Positions 20,179 to 29,619 of a DNA stretch of 64,000 nucleotides are shown in pieces. The DNA lies in assembly GCA_963674745.2 (NCBI GenBank), contig CAXXDV010000001.1, positions 384,001-448,000 of the forward strand. The letters are read 5' to 3'. The notes below the pieces were generated by a model. The model had not been told where the DNA came from. It saw nothing but the letters and a program-made list of their open reading frames with translations, and searched no databases. The position numbers and the translations under genes are program-made. Position 1 is the first letter of the stretch. Every line of letters begins with the position of its first letter. The stretch comes from Desulfosudaceae bacterium. GTDB lineage: Bacteria; Desulfobacterota; Desulfobacteria; Desulfobacterales; Desulfosudaceae.

Positions 20179-21426
20179 ATGGCCGGAACAGGCAACACCA
20201 TCATACTGCTCAATCCGCCTTATCGGAAAAAGATACTGCGGGATTACTACTGCTCCACATTTCCCAAAGCGCCATATTACTGGCAGCCCATTGATCTGCT
20301 GTCTGTGGCGGCCATTCTAAACGGCAAAGCGGATATCCAGGTAATCGATGCTGTTGCCCGGCGACTGACGGCAAGCCAGGTTGAAAGTATCATGGCCGAA
20401 CAGGCGCCTCGAGCCGTATTCATGCTGGTTTCCTCTTTAACGAAAGACGCCGATCTGACGCTGGCCAAAAGGATCAAGAAACCGGGACGACGAATCGTAA
20501 TCGGGGGAGAAATCGCACTTGCCCCTGATTTCGACTTTGCACAACATGATGCCGTTGACGGCCTGCTGCTGGACTTTACCGATGAGGGGGCGGTTGGATT
20601 CATTGCCGGTGAAAATCCAACCGGCAGGTTGAGAACCCCGTGGCATGCCCCCGCCACGCCACGAATCGGACACCGATATAACCTGGGCATAATGCCCCAT
20701 CACCTTCTGGATAATAGCCGATACCGTCTGCCGCTCTGGCAGGGCCGTTTTTATTCCCTGCTGACAGATTTCGGTTGCCCCTTTAACTGCCGTTTCTGTA
20801 ACTCAGGAAGACAATCCATCGGTTTCAAGTTAAGGGATTTGGCGGAAGTCGCAGAAGAAGCCAGGCAGCTAAAAAGACTCGGGGCAAAAAAAATCTTTAT
20901 CAAGGACATGACTTTTGGGGCAGACCGGTCTCATGCCGAATCGGTTTTATCCATACTGGCGCCCTATGGTTTCAGACTGAGGGGATACCTGCGGGCCGAC
21001 CTGATAACCCAGAAGTTTGCCGGTTTGTTGAAAGCGGCCGGGTTTGAACTGGCACAGATCGGTGTGGAGCGCCCCCTGGAAGACGTCAGACGCGGTTTAG
21101 GAAAAAATATTCCCGACGCAGTTATCGCCGACGCCTTTCAAATTCTACGCCGGATCGGAATTGATGCCGGCGCTCACTTTATCGTCGGTTTTGAGGGTGA
21201 CGGCACAGGAACAGCAGGCGCCTGTATCAAACAAGCCCGGGCCCTTGGAGCGGCTTATTGTTCCATCAATATTTATCAACATCGTCTGGGGGCATCCGCC
21301 CTGCCGGCATTATCCGGCTGGGGGAAACACGCACTCTCTCTTTGCGCCGGTTTTAACATGGCCAGATATAACGGCCGCCGTCAAATAAGCTGCCTATGGA
21401 AAAATATGAGGGCCGGGAACAGATAA
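20179..21426 (+). CDS. B12-binding-domain radical SAM protein
   Basis: LLNPP..RDYYCS..YYWQPIDL N-terminus; GCPFNCRFC; DMTF; IGVE; HFIVGF. Starts immediately after the upstream stop codon. Confidence 0.8.
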   Translation: MAGTGNTIILLNPPYRKKILRDYYCSTFPKAPYYWQPIDLLSVAAILNGKADIQVIDAVARRLTASQVESIMAEQAPRAVFMLVSSLTKDADLTLAKRIKKPGRRIVIGGEIALAPDFDFAQHDAVDGLLLDFTDEGAVGFIAGENPTGRLRTPWHAPATPRIGHRYNLGIMPHHLLDNSRYRLPLWQGRFYSLLTDFGCPFNCRFCNSGRQSIGFKLRDLAEVAEEARQLKRLGAKKIFIKDMTFGADRSHAESVLSILAPYGFRLRGYLRADLITQKFAGLLKAAGFELAQIGVERPLEDVRRGLGKNIPDAVIADAFQILRRIGIDAGAHFIVGFEGDGTGTAGACIKQARALGAAYCSINIYQHRLGASALPALSGWGKHALSLCAGFNMARYNGRRQISCLWKNMRAGNR

Positions 21427-21499
21427 TATTGTCTGGTTTCCCCGGACAGCGTCAAGATGGCCGAAAATTATAATTTTCTCGTTTAAAAAACCTGTTTCT

Positions 21500-21706
21500 T
21501 TTAACCTGTAACCCCGGACCGCATCCCTGCCTGTGAATAAAACGCATTGGGAAACCGCGGGAATAGAACAGGTTTTCCGGGACAAAACACTGACCGTTCG
21601 ACCGGAAAAACCGGTTGTAGCACGTTATATCCGTATCGCTGCTTCAGGAACATACCGCTTGTGTTTAAATGAAGTGGCGATTTACCCACTGCTTCCTGAA
21701 AACTGA
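21500..21706 (+). pseudogene. 3' remnant of a YfhO/discoidin-domain paralog
   Basis: Manual translation FNL*PRTASLPVNKTHWETAG...ARYIRIAASGTYRLCLNEVAIY aligns with LNCPPLVVSISEDGNQW...LRYINIKASGMCVLSLNEVEAY of the 15500-18151 protein. Confidence 0.7.
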
Positions 21707-21746
21707 CGGTTTTTTAACAATAATGAATTTAATCAGTGATTTTGGG

Positions 21747-21774
21747 TTGACAATCCGCCATTCAGCGTCACAAT
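21747..21774 (+). promoter_or_regulatory. Candidate sigma70 promoter upstream of iscU/nifU
   Basis: TTGACA, 16-bp spacer, CACAAT. Confidence 0.35.
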
Positions 21775-21780
21775 ATGCCA

Positions 21781-21929
21781 TATGGGCACCTCTAAAAATT
21801 GTCTTAGGGCCCGATGTCGGTGTTGTGCTCAAATTTTAATCCTCGAGATACTTCAATGTATTCCTCCGGTTAAAATTTTCACACGCCTTGACCTCGAACC
21901 AGAATGCTATTTTTTAAAAGTAGCCCATA
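21781..21929. repeat. MITE/REP-like inverted-repeat element, copy B
   Basis: Left end TATGGGCACCTCTAAAAA versus reverse complement of right end TATGGGCTACTTTTAAAAA. Internal palindromic AAATTTTAA/TTAAAATTT and ATAC/GTAT, plus CACGCCTTGA. Confidence 0.7.
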
Positions 21930-21960
21930 TAAATAAGACAATAACAGTCAGGAGAAACAG

Positions 21961-22482
21961 ATGCTTTATTCAAAAACAGTCATGGATCACTTCAGAAGCC
22001 CCAGAAATGTCGGCGAAATCGAAGACGCTGACGGTGTTGGCGAGGTCGGCAACCCCATTTGCGGGGACATGATGACCATCTACATCAAAGTCGTGGATGA
22101 ACATATAAAAGACATTAAATTCCAGACTTTCGGGTGCGGCTCCGCCATTGCGGTATCGAGCATGCTGACGGAAATCGCCATGGGTAAATCAATTGAAGAG
22201 GCCAAGAAAATCACCAACAAGGACGTGGCCGAAGCGTTGGACGGTCTGCCCAAAAACAAGCTGCACTGCTCCAACCTGGGCGCTGACGCCCTGCAGATGG
22301 CCATAAAAGACTACGAAGACAGGAAAGCGGGCATCGTCCGGCCGAGAGAAGAGCACCGGGAAAAACATGTCCATATCCATGAAGACGGTTCCTGCCATTG
22401 CCCCTACTGTGATTCGGAAGTGGATCAGGATGCCAAGTTCTGCAATGCCTGCCTGTCGGACATCGACGAAGATGAGCATTAA
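21961..22482 (+). CDS. iscU: Fe-S cluster scaffold IscU/NifU-N with His-rich linker and C-terminal zinc ribbon
   Basis: YSKTVMDHF..PRNVG; NPICGD; FGCGSAIA; LPKNKLHCSNL; tail HVHIHE and CPYC..CNAC. Confidence 0.92.
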   Translation: MLYSKTVMDHFRSPRNVGEIEDADGVGEVGNPICGDMMTIYIKVVDEHIKDIKFQTFGCGSAIAVSSMLTEIAMGKSIEEAKKITNKDVAEALDGLPKNKLHCSNLGADALQMAIKDYEDRKAGIVRPREEHREKHVHIHEDGSCHCPYCDSEVDQDAKFCNACLSDIDEDEH

Positions 22483-22541
22483 ACATGTGTGCTTAATTAA
22501 TAGCCGCCTTTAATTTGCACCAAGACTACACGGAGTCAGCC

Positions 22542-23709
22542 ATGAGCAAAATCAATCTGGACCATATATCCGCCAGCCATTTGTTACCGGAAGTGCAGGA
22601 GGCCATGATCAAGGCCATTCAAGGGACGCTGGGCAACCCCTCCAGCCAGAACATGGAAGGGGAACGCGCGTCCGCCATGCTGGGAAAAGCCCGGGAATCA
22701 GTCGCCGGCCTGATCAATGCCCAATACCCGACTGAAGTTGTTTTTAACTCCTGCGGCACCGAATCCATCAACCACGCCATCAAGGGCGTGGCCAGAGCCA
22801 ACACTAAAAAAGGCAACCATATTGTCACCTCCAATATTGAACATAACGCCGTCAACCGCAGCTTAAAACGACTGATGCAGCTGGGGTGCAAAAGTACCGC
22901 CGTCGCCGTTGACAACAAGGGGCTGGTTGATCCGGAAGAGGTGGCCCGGGCCATTACCGACGAAACGATACTTGTGTCGATCATGCACAGCAACAACGAA
23001 ATCGGCACCATCCAACCCCTCAAGGAAATCGCTCAAATTACCAGAGAAAAAAAGGTGATCCTGCACACCGATGCCGTGGATTCTGTTGGTATCGTGCCGA
23101 TTGATGTCGAGGACCTGGGCGTTGACCTGATGAGCTTTGCCTCAAACCCCTTTTACGGCCCGACCGGAGTGGGTGGACTGTACATCCGGCGCGGTACCAA
23201 CGTCTGGCCCATTATCGACGGCGGGGTCCAGGAAAAAAAACCGTCGGGCCGGCACGGAAAACCTGATCGGCATTATCGGCATGGGCGTGGCTTCAGACCT
23301 GGCCCGTCGCGACATGAATGACAGGCTGACCCATCTCAAAAAGCTGAAAAGCCTCCTGTTGAACGAGTTGCCCAATTATGTCGATGAATACATCATTAAC
23401 GGCGACGTGGAAAACGGCCTGCCCAACCTGGTGTCTGTCTCCCTCAAATATATCGAGGGCGAAAGCATCATGCTCATGCTGGATGATGAAGGCTTTACCG
23501 TATCCACCCGGTCTGCCTGCGCCACCGGTTCGCTGCGGGCATCCCATGTACTGATGGCCATCGGCCTGGACCATGCCGACGCCCAGGGTACCCTGGTCAT
23601 TACCCTGGGAGTGGAAAACACCGAGGACGACATCATCAACTTTTTAAAAGCCCTTAAAAGCATCGTGGATTCACTTCGGGCCATGTCCCCGCTGTACAAA
23701 AATCGATAA
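22542..23709 (+). CDS. iscS: IscS/NifS-like cysteine desulfurase homolog, split by a +1 frameshift at an A8 run and lacking the canonical PLP lysine
   Basis: GNPSS, GTES, IEH, HSNNEIGTIQP, HTDAV, GGVQE/RRAGTEN and SACATGS motifs. The two ORFs (22515-23321 and 23137-23709) join if A8 at 23233-23240 is A7. Confidence 0.85.
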
Positions 23710-24043
23710 TCCCAAAGATTACCCGTCCATCCGCAAAGGAACGCGTAATTTATACAGGAATCAATCCGTTGCCTGATTTTCATTGGTAAAGGAATAACTG
23801 GAAAAATATTGACATACATTGCCGGTCTTGCTAAGAAGAATGTCCATAAGCATTTTTTTTGACAACATCGCTGTGTGCGTTTCCCGGTTCAATAGAGTTA
23901 AACAAAGGTCTTCTGAACTCTTTTCCATGCCATTACAACGGTGTTATCAAAAACCCAACCGGCACTGAGGGTGAGCTACCATACTGATATCACATAAATT
24001 GACACCATAGCTGTTCTCTTAATGATTTTTTAATGGGGGGGCC

Positions 24044-25561
24044 ATGACAAAATATCGTACTGTCTTTCATTTCCTGTTGATCCTGCTGGGTTTGTCATTA
24101 CCCGTGGGGGCGGCGCAGGATGCCCGGCAAAACGGGCAGGCCATGTTCCGCATGGGGGTATTCGCCTATGAAAGCGGAGACTATAAAACCGCTGAAAGCT
24201 ATCTCAAGCAGGCGCTTGTATCCGATGAAAACAACGCCTATGTCAATTATTATCTGGGCAATGTCTATCTGCATACCGGAAACTATTCCCGGGCGGCGGT
24301 GTTTTTTGACAAAACCCGGAGCCTGGATAAAAGCCTGCCCGACCTGGCTTATAACTGGGCCTATGTCAATTTCAAGCTGAACAATTTCGACGCAGCCGGG
24401 CAATTGTTTGAAAAGCTGACGGCCTCGGAACCCGACAATGTCCTGGCCCATTACTACGCCGGCCTGTCTTTATTCAAGCAGGGCAAATATCAGCCGGCCC
24501 TACCGTTTTTAGACCGGGCCGTACGGATGAATACGCCTGTCAGCTGCCACGCCGATTATCATGCGGCCCTATGTGATCTGCAGCTCAAGAACACGGATTC
24601 AGCCAGAGATCGCCTGACACGCGTTCAGGAAAATACCGCCGAAGAAGACCTGCGCCGGGCCGCGACCGATCTTCTGGAAAGAATCAGGCGTGGTGAGCAA
24701 CCCGGAAAGCGCTATGCCCTGACGGCCAAGCTGGGCTGGGAGTATGACGATAATGAAGCCCTGGAGCCCATCGACGACAACGATCTTTTCGCGGATGACG
24801 CCGATTATATTTTCAGCGGCTTCCTGTCAGCATCCTATGACCTGATCCGGACAGACCGTTTTATCTTTGGGGCCGGTTACAGCCATTACCTGACGATCCA
24901 TAAAGAAATCGAAGAGTACGATCTGTCGGCCAGCCTGTTTGACGTTTACGCCCGGTATCGCCGCAATGCCTATACCTATTCCTTTCAATACAACCCCGAC
25001 TATTACTGGCTGGACTCCGAGAGTTACCTGTGCCGGCATGAGTTCAGGTTTATTGTCAGCCGGATGTTTGACAATGTTTTAACGGAATTCACCGGCATCC
25101 ACAGGCGGGACAACAACATGTATGACCCCGATAAAGACGGTTATGCCAACGAGGTTTTTTTCAGGTGCCGGTACAGCCTGCCGGAAGAAAAAGGGGAACT
25201 GCGGGCCGGTCTGGGTTATGAGGTAAATACCGCCGACCATCGGGACCATGATTACAAGACCATCGGCACCGAACTGGCGGCGGCCTTCAACCTCGGCTGG
25301 GAGGTTTGCCTGACGCTCAGCGGCGAATGCGACTTTCAGCAATACGATCACACGGATTCTTTTTACGGAAAAAAGCGGGACGACACCCGGTTTATCGGAA
25401 ACATCCTGCTGTCCCGGAACATTTTCAACGACATGATCGCGGCCCATATCGGCTATGAGTACACCCGGAACAGATCGAACATAGATGATTTCAGTCAGTA
25501 CAACGCCAATTTCGATTATGAAAGTAATGCCGTCAAAGTTTTCCTGACGCTCACCATTTAA
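24044..25561 (+). CDS. Signal-peptide TPR protein with probable C-terminal outer-membrane beta-barrel (Slam/DUF560-like)
   Basis: Signal peptide; Tyr/Ala/Gly-rich TPR repeats; GWEYDDN followed by aromatic alternating strands; KKRDD and RNRSNI..YE near the C-terminus. Confidence 0.65.
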   Translation: MTKYRTVFHFLLILLGLSLPVGAAQDARQNGQAMFRMGVFAYESGDYKTAESYLKQALVSDENNAYVNYYLGNVYLHTGNYSRAAVFFDKTRSLDKSLPDLAYNWAYVNFKLNNFDAAGQLFEKLTASEPDNVLAHYYAGLSLFKQGKYQPALPFLDRAVRMNTPVSCHADYHAALCDLQLKNTDSARDRLTRVQENTAEEDLRRAATDLLERIRRGEQPGKRYALTAKLGWEYDDNEALEPIDDNDLFADDADYIFSGFLSASYDLIRTDRFIFGAGYSHYLTIHKEIEEYDLSASLFDVYARYRRNAYTYSFQYNPDYYWLDSESYLCRHEFRFIVSRMFDNVLTEFTGIHRRDNNMYDPDKDGYANEVFFRCRYSLPEEKGELRAGLGYEVNTADHRDHDYKTIGTELAAAFNLGWEVCLTLSGECDFQQYDHTDSFYGKKRDDTRFIGNILLSRNIFNDMIAAHIGYEYTRNRSNIDDFSQYNANFDYESNAVKVFLTLTI

Positions 25562-25577
25562 TATTCAGGAGTCAACC

Positions 25578-26567
25578 ATGACAGAATTCAATAACAGTTT
25601 TTTGCGGGGCTGGTTACCGATCGTGCTGATCTTGACGACTGTCAGCCTTGTCTGGGGGATTAACAACGCTCAAGCCCGGGATGGAGTCATACCCGATGAT
25701 CTGCCCCTGGAATCAACCTTCTGGCCGGGGCCCGGTAGAAGCGTGGGGGTGGTCGATGTCATTCAGGGGAAAGCCGTTGTCCAGCATGAAAATGAAAAGC
25801 GGGGATACCTGGTCAGCAAAGGGATGAACCTGTACAACGGCGACACCCTTTACACATCCGGTGATTGTCACCTGGAAATGTCGCTCAACGACGGCAGCAA
25901 CATGGTGCTTTCTTCCGGCACGCAGATCGTCATTGATAAAAGCATTTACGATCCCGCCTCCGGAAGCCGGCTCTCCTTTTTCCAGATGCTGTCCGGCAAG
26001 GCCCGTTACATGGTCAAGAAACTGGCCGACTACAAACATTCCCAGTTCAACGTCAAGACAAAATCATCCGTCGTGGGCGTCCGGGGATCGGACTTTGTCA
26101 TTGAAATCAGCCAGGAGGGCGACAAAATCGTCATCACCGCCCTGGGCCACACCATTCTGGAGATATTTGATCCAGCCAACCCCCTGACGGAACCGGTCAT
26201 AGTCACCTCCTTTCAGCAGCTGATCACCGTACTGGGCCAGGTCCTGGGTGAGCCGGTGGACATCTCAAGTGAAGAAGTCATGAAACTGCTTCAGGAGCTG
26301 GGCCTGCTCTTATCCGGCGGCGGCGGCCAGGGCGGAGAAGGAACCGGCGGCGGCGGGGGCTTTATTCCCCACGGCGGAACCTGGCAGGGTCCGCCGGTTG
26401 GAGGAGGAATTCAATATTTACCCGGCTGGAATCCTTTCTTGCCCATACTGCCGCCACCGATCTTCGGCCCCGGCCCCAATGACCCTTTTTATAACGACCC
26501 GGGCGCCTGGATAAGGCCGCCCTTGACACTCCCCCTGCCGGACATGCCCGATATACCCATGGATTAG
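25578..26567 (+). CDS. FecR-domain periplasmic protein with Gly- and Pro-rich tail
   Basis: Signal peptide; LYNGDTLYT; LNDGS; FNVKTKSSVVGVRGSDF (FecR motif). Confidence 0.8.
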   Translation: MTEFNNSFLRGWLPIVLILTTVSLVWGINNAQARDGVIPDDLPLESTFWPGPGRSVGVVDVIQGKAVVQHENEKRGYLVSKGMNLYNGDTLYTSGDCHLEMSLNDGSNMVLSSGTQIVIDKSIYDPASGSRLSFFQMLSGKARYMVKKLADYKHSQFNVKTKSSVVGVRGSDFVIEISQEGDKIVITALGHTILEIFDPANPLTEPVIVTSFQQLITVLGQVLGEPVDISSEEVMKLLQELGLLLSGGGGQGGEGTGGGGGFIPHGGTWQGPPVGGGIQYLPGWNPFLPILPPPIFGPGPNDPFYNDPGAWIRPPLTLPLPDMPDIPMD

Positions 26568-26618
26568 GGGCTTTAGTATAATTAAATAAATTTTGACCCA
26601 AAGCAGGAGACAAGCGTC

Positions 26619-29609
26619 ATGAAAAATATCAGGCTCATTTTGTTAACCCTATTTATCGCCGTGCTGGCCGCCCTGCCGGCAACAGCGGCCGTCTACTATG
26701 TAGACATTGTAAACGGCACCGATGATCCCTTCAACGGTTTAACCCCGGGCACGGGCGCCTGGAAGACCATTCATTACGCGGTCGACGAGATTGTTGCCTC
26801 AACCGGTGGAAATGGTGATACCCTGAATATTGCGGCCGGTACGTACTCTGTATCTGCTTTAGTGCCCGGCGGCGAGTCTGACAGCCCACTGACGTTTAAC
26901 GGTTGGAGCAACTCCTCTATCCTCGGAGACCCGGCCGGCGGTACCATAATTGACCTGAACTCAGCTGTTTCATGGGCCAACGGGATTCAGCTGGACTTTT
27001 GCTCCAATGTCACCGCCAGTAACCTCGAAATTACAAATGCTTATAACAACGGCATTTATGCCGACGGATGCACGGGCACCGCCATCACCCGGTGCGACAT
27101 CCATAACAACAGCAATTTTGGTGTTTACCTCAACAACTGCAACAACACCAATACGGTCAGTCGTAACCGGGTTTATGACAACCCGAACGGCATTGGTGTT
27201 TATGCGCAAGAGGAAAACGATCCCTGCTCGCCTTTGATCGTTAACAACCTGATTGTCACGCCGGAAGAGAGCATGTTCCAGGGCATCATGGTAATATCAA
27301 CCGGTTACACTTACCCTGCCTTTGCCTCTCCCACGATATTTCACAACACCATTGACGGCGGCGGTAACGACGGCATTTATCTTTTTACATTCGGCCCTTT
27401 TGCTATAACCAACCCGAACATTCAATACAATATCATTACCGGTTTCGGTAACAACGGTATTAACGGTGGTACTGACGGCTACGGCGGCCAGCTCAACCCG
27501 ACCCTGAATTATAATGACCTTTTTGGAAATTCAACGGCTTATTCCGGCACCGGCATTGGGCCGGGGCCTAACAGCATTGCTGTTGATCCCGTTTATTCCG
27601 GCGGTGGTTTTGAGTTAGATCCTTCCTCGCCCTGCATCGACGCGGCCACCACTTCCAACATCACCGAGGATATCGACGGCACGGTCCGCCCCCAGGGGAC
27701 AGCCCCGGATATGGGCTGTTATGAATATCCCAGCGGCGTTATCACTCCGGAGCCGGTGGCCTATCCCGGCATAACGGTTCTGCCCTATGAAGGACTGGAG
27801 ACCAGTGAAGACGGCAACAGGGCCACGTTCACGGTAAAACTCGACACCCTCCCCTCGGCCCCGGTAGTGATCCCCATTACCAGTTCCGATACGGGTGAAG
27901 GCGCGGTTTTGCCGGCATCTCTGACGTTTACCGCCAACAACTGGTTTACCCCCCAGACCGTGGTTGTCAGGGGGGTTGATGACAGCCTGGTCGACGGCGA
28001 TATCCCTTATACCGTCGGTGTCGGTCCGGCCGTCTGCAACACCTTTGATTACAACGGGCGGAGCGGACATGATGTCAATGTAACCAACCTCGATAACGAC
28101 AGTGCCGATATCATTGTCGACCCGACCTCGGGTTTGAGGACCTCCAAGTTCGGCGGCAGTGATACCTTCACGGTGGTGCTGAACAGCCAGCCCATCGCAC
28201 CGGTGGCGGTTTCGCTGTCCAGTTCCGACACAAGCCTCGGCATTCCCTCTCCAGAGGCGCTTACCTTCACCCCGGACAACTGGAGCCGGCCGCAGACCGT
28301 CACGGTTACCGGCCAGGACAACGGGATCGAAGAAGACGCCCCGTATACGATTATTACCGCACCTGCGGTAAGCCAGGACCCGATTTACAACGATCTTGAT
28401 GCTGACGATGTCGAGGTTGTCAATGTCTACAACATGCCCCCGGATCAACCCGGCTATGTTTTCCCGCAGCCTTTTCAGATGTTCCCGCCGGGAACATCGA
28501 TTACCCTGAGAGGCAGCACCTTTTATGATCCCGAGGGTGATAGGCATGATCAAAGCTGGTGGCGGATCGCGCCGCTCAACCGGGGCGCTTTCGGGTGCGA
28601 AGAATACCCGGGATTTTTTGAACATATCTCAGGCACTGATTTGACATCATACACCATCCCCACCCAGAACCTGAAACCGGGCGTGGTTTATGTCTGGATC
28701 GTCGGTTACAAAGACGAGGGAAGCGGGGCTTTCACCTGGTCGGACCTGGATGAGAGAGTGAAGAACACGTTTATGATCGGGGTAGAAGAAACGATTGACC
28801 TGCCGCCGGTCCCACCGGGCACAACTGCGGCCTATTTTGTCATGCTCTCCTGCCATCACTATATTCCCGACAATTCCAGCGCCCTGGCCGTTATTGGGGA
28901 TGATTTAACCGGTGGTTATGACAGCCGTTATTACCGCATCGGCACATATGACCCCTTACAGAATGACGGCGGCTATAAGGAGTATCCCGGGTTCAGCCTC
29001 CTTCCCGGTACCGCTTTCTGGGTGTTGGCCAGAAACGGCCTGGCCATCGACCTGACCGGTATTGCCATGACCACTGCCGAAGACGTGGATCTTCCGCTGA
29101 TGTTCAACAGCAATAATAATAACGGCTGGAACATGATCGGCCCGCCGAACAACCAGAATTATCCCTGGGGCAATGTTCAAGTCGTTGTGTTTTCTCAATC
29201 CAATCTCTGCGAACCCGAATTCGGTCCGGTCACAATCGGTGAGCTTGATCCCAACAACCCTTATATCGACACCCGACTGCTGGAATGGGACGGACAGGGC
29301 TATAATGAAGTATCCATGATGATGGCGGGTTATGGTTACTGGGTAAAAGTCAGGCAGCCGAGAATAAACCTGCGGTTTCCGGTCAGCGCCCAGGCATCTC
29401 TGAAAAACCCGGATGTTCTGATGGCCGTCGGCATGAATAAAATCAAAGAAACCGCCGGGGAGCTCTTTTCACCGAATGAAGCCCTGGCGGACGATCAGAA
29501 CGATATGCCGCCGGCTCCCATGGCGACAATCGACAGTGACGGAGTCAACGCTTCTTTCGGTTCGTCATCCGGTGGTAACTGCTTTATCGAAAGCTTGAGG
29601 GATAAATAG
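26619..29609 (+). CDS. Large secreted/surface protein: right-handed beta-helix, two Calx-beta-like Ig repeats, C-terminal GGxCFI motif
   Basis: Signal peptide; YYVD..G.D...WKTI; Asn/Gly-rich helix repeats; SPCIDA..DIDG..RPQG.APDMGCYE; two LTFT..NW..PQTV repeats; ends SSSGGNCFIESLRDK. Confidence 0.75.
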   Translation: MKNIRLILLTLFIAVLAALPATAAVYYVDIVNGTDDPFNGLTPGTGAWKTIHYAVDEIVASTGGNGDTLNIAAGTYSVSALVPGGESDSPLTFNGWSNSSILGDPAGGTIIDLNSAVSWANGIQLDFCSNVTASNLEITNAYNNGIYADGCTGTAITRCDIHNNSNFGVYLNNCNNTNTVSRNRVYDNPNGIGVYAQEENDPCSPLIVNNLIVTPEESMFQGIMVISTGYTYPAFASPTIFHNTIDGGGNDGIYLFTFGPFAITNPNIQYNIITGFGNNGINGGTDGYGGQLNPTLNYNDLFGNSTAYSGTGIGPGPNSIAVDPVYSGGGFELDPSSPCIDAATTSNITEDIDGTVRPQGTAPDMGCYEYPSGVITPEPVAYPGITVLPYEGLETSEDGNRATFTVKLDTLPSAPVVIPITSSDTGEGAVLPASLTFTANNWFTPQTVVVRGVDDSLVDGDIPYTVGVGPAVCNTFDYNGRSGHDVNVTNLDNDSADIIVDPTSGLRTSKFGGSDTFTVVLNSQPIAPVAVSLSSSDTSLGIPSPEALTFTPDNWSRPQTVTVTGQDNGIEEDAPYTIITAPAVSQDPIYNDLDADDVEVVNVYNMPPDQPGYVFPQPFQMFPPGTSITLRGSTFYDPEGDRHDQSWWRIAPLNRGAFGCEEYPGFFEHISGTDLTSYTIPTQNLKPGVVYVWIVGYKDEGSGAFTWSDLDERVKNTFMIGVEETIDLPPVPPGTTAAYFVMLSCHHYIPDNSSALAVIGDDLTGGYDSRYYRIGTYDPLQNDGGYKEYPGFSLLPGTAFWVLARNGLAIDLTGIAMTTAEDVDLPLMFNSNNNNGWNMIGPPNNQNYPWGNVQVVVFSQSNLCEPEFGPVTIGELDPNNPYIDTRLLEWDGQGYNEVSMMMAGYGYWVKVRQPRINLRFPVSAQASLKNPDVLMAVGMNKIKETAGELFSPNEALADDQNDMPPAPMATIDSDGVNASFGSSSGGNCFIESLRDK

Positions 29610-29619
29610 CGGGGCTGTG

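Noticed and set aside
5735..21426. Cobalamin riboswitch or RiPP precursor peptide near the radical SAM genes
   Set aside because: No B12-box was seen, there is no convincing short precursor ORF, and the enzymes have no SPASM or RRE features. The context points to glycans.
21782..22072. 96-aa ORF upstream of iscU
   Set aside because: It arises from inverted-repeat element B and overlaps iscU out of frame.
27615..28625. Long antisense ORFs (this one, 11769-12632, 56020-56880, 59285-60133 and similar)
   Set aside because: They are shadows of well-supported genes on the opposite strand in GC-rich DNA and show no motifs of their own.
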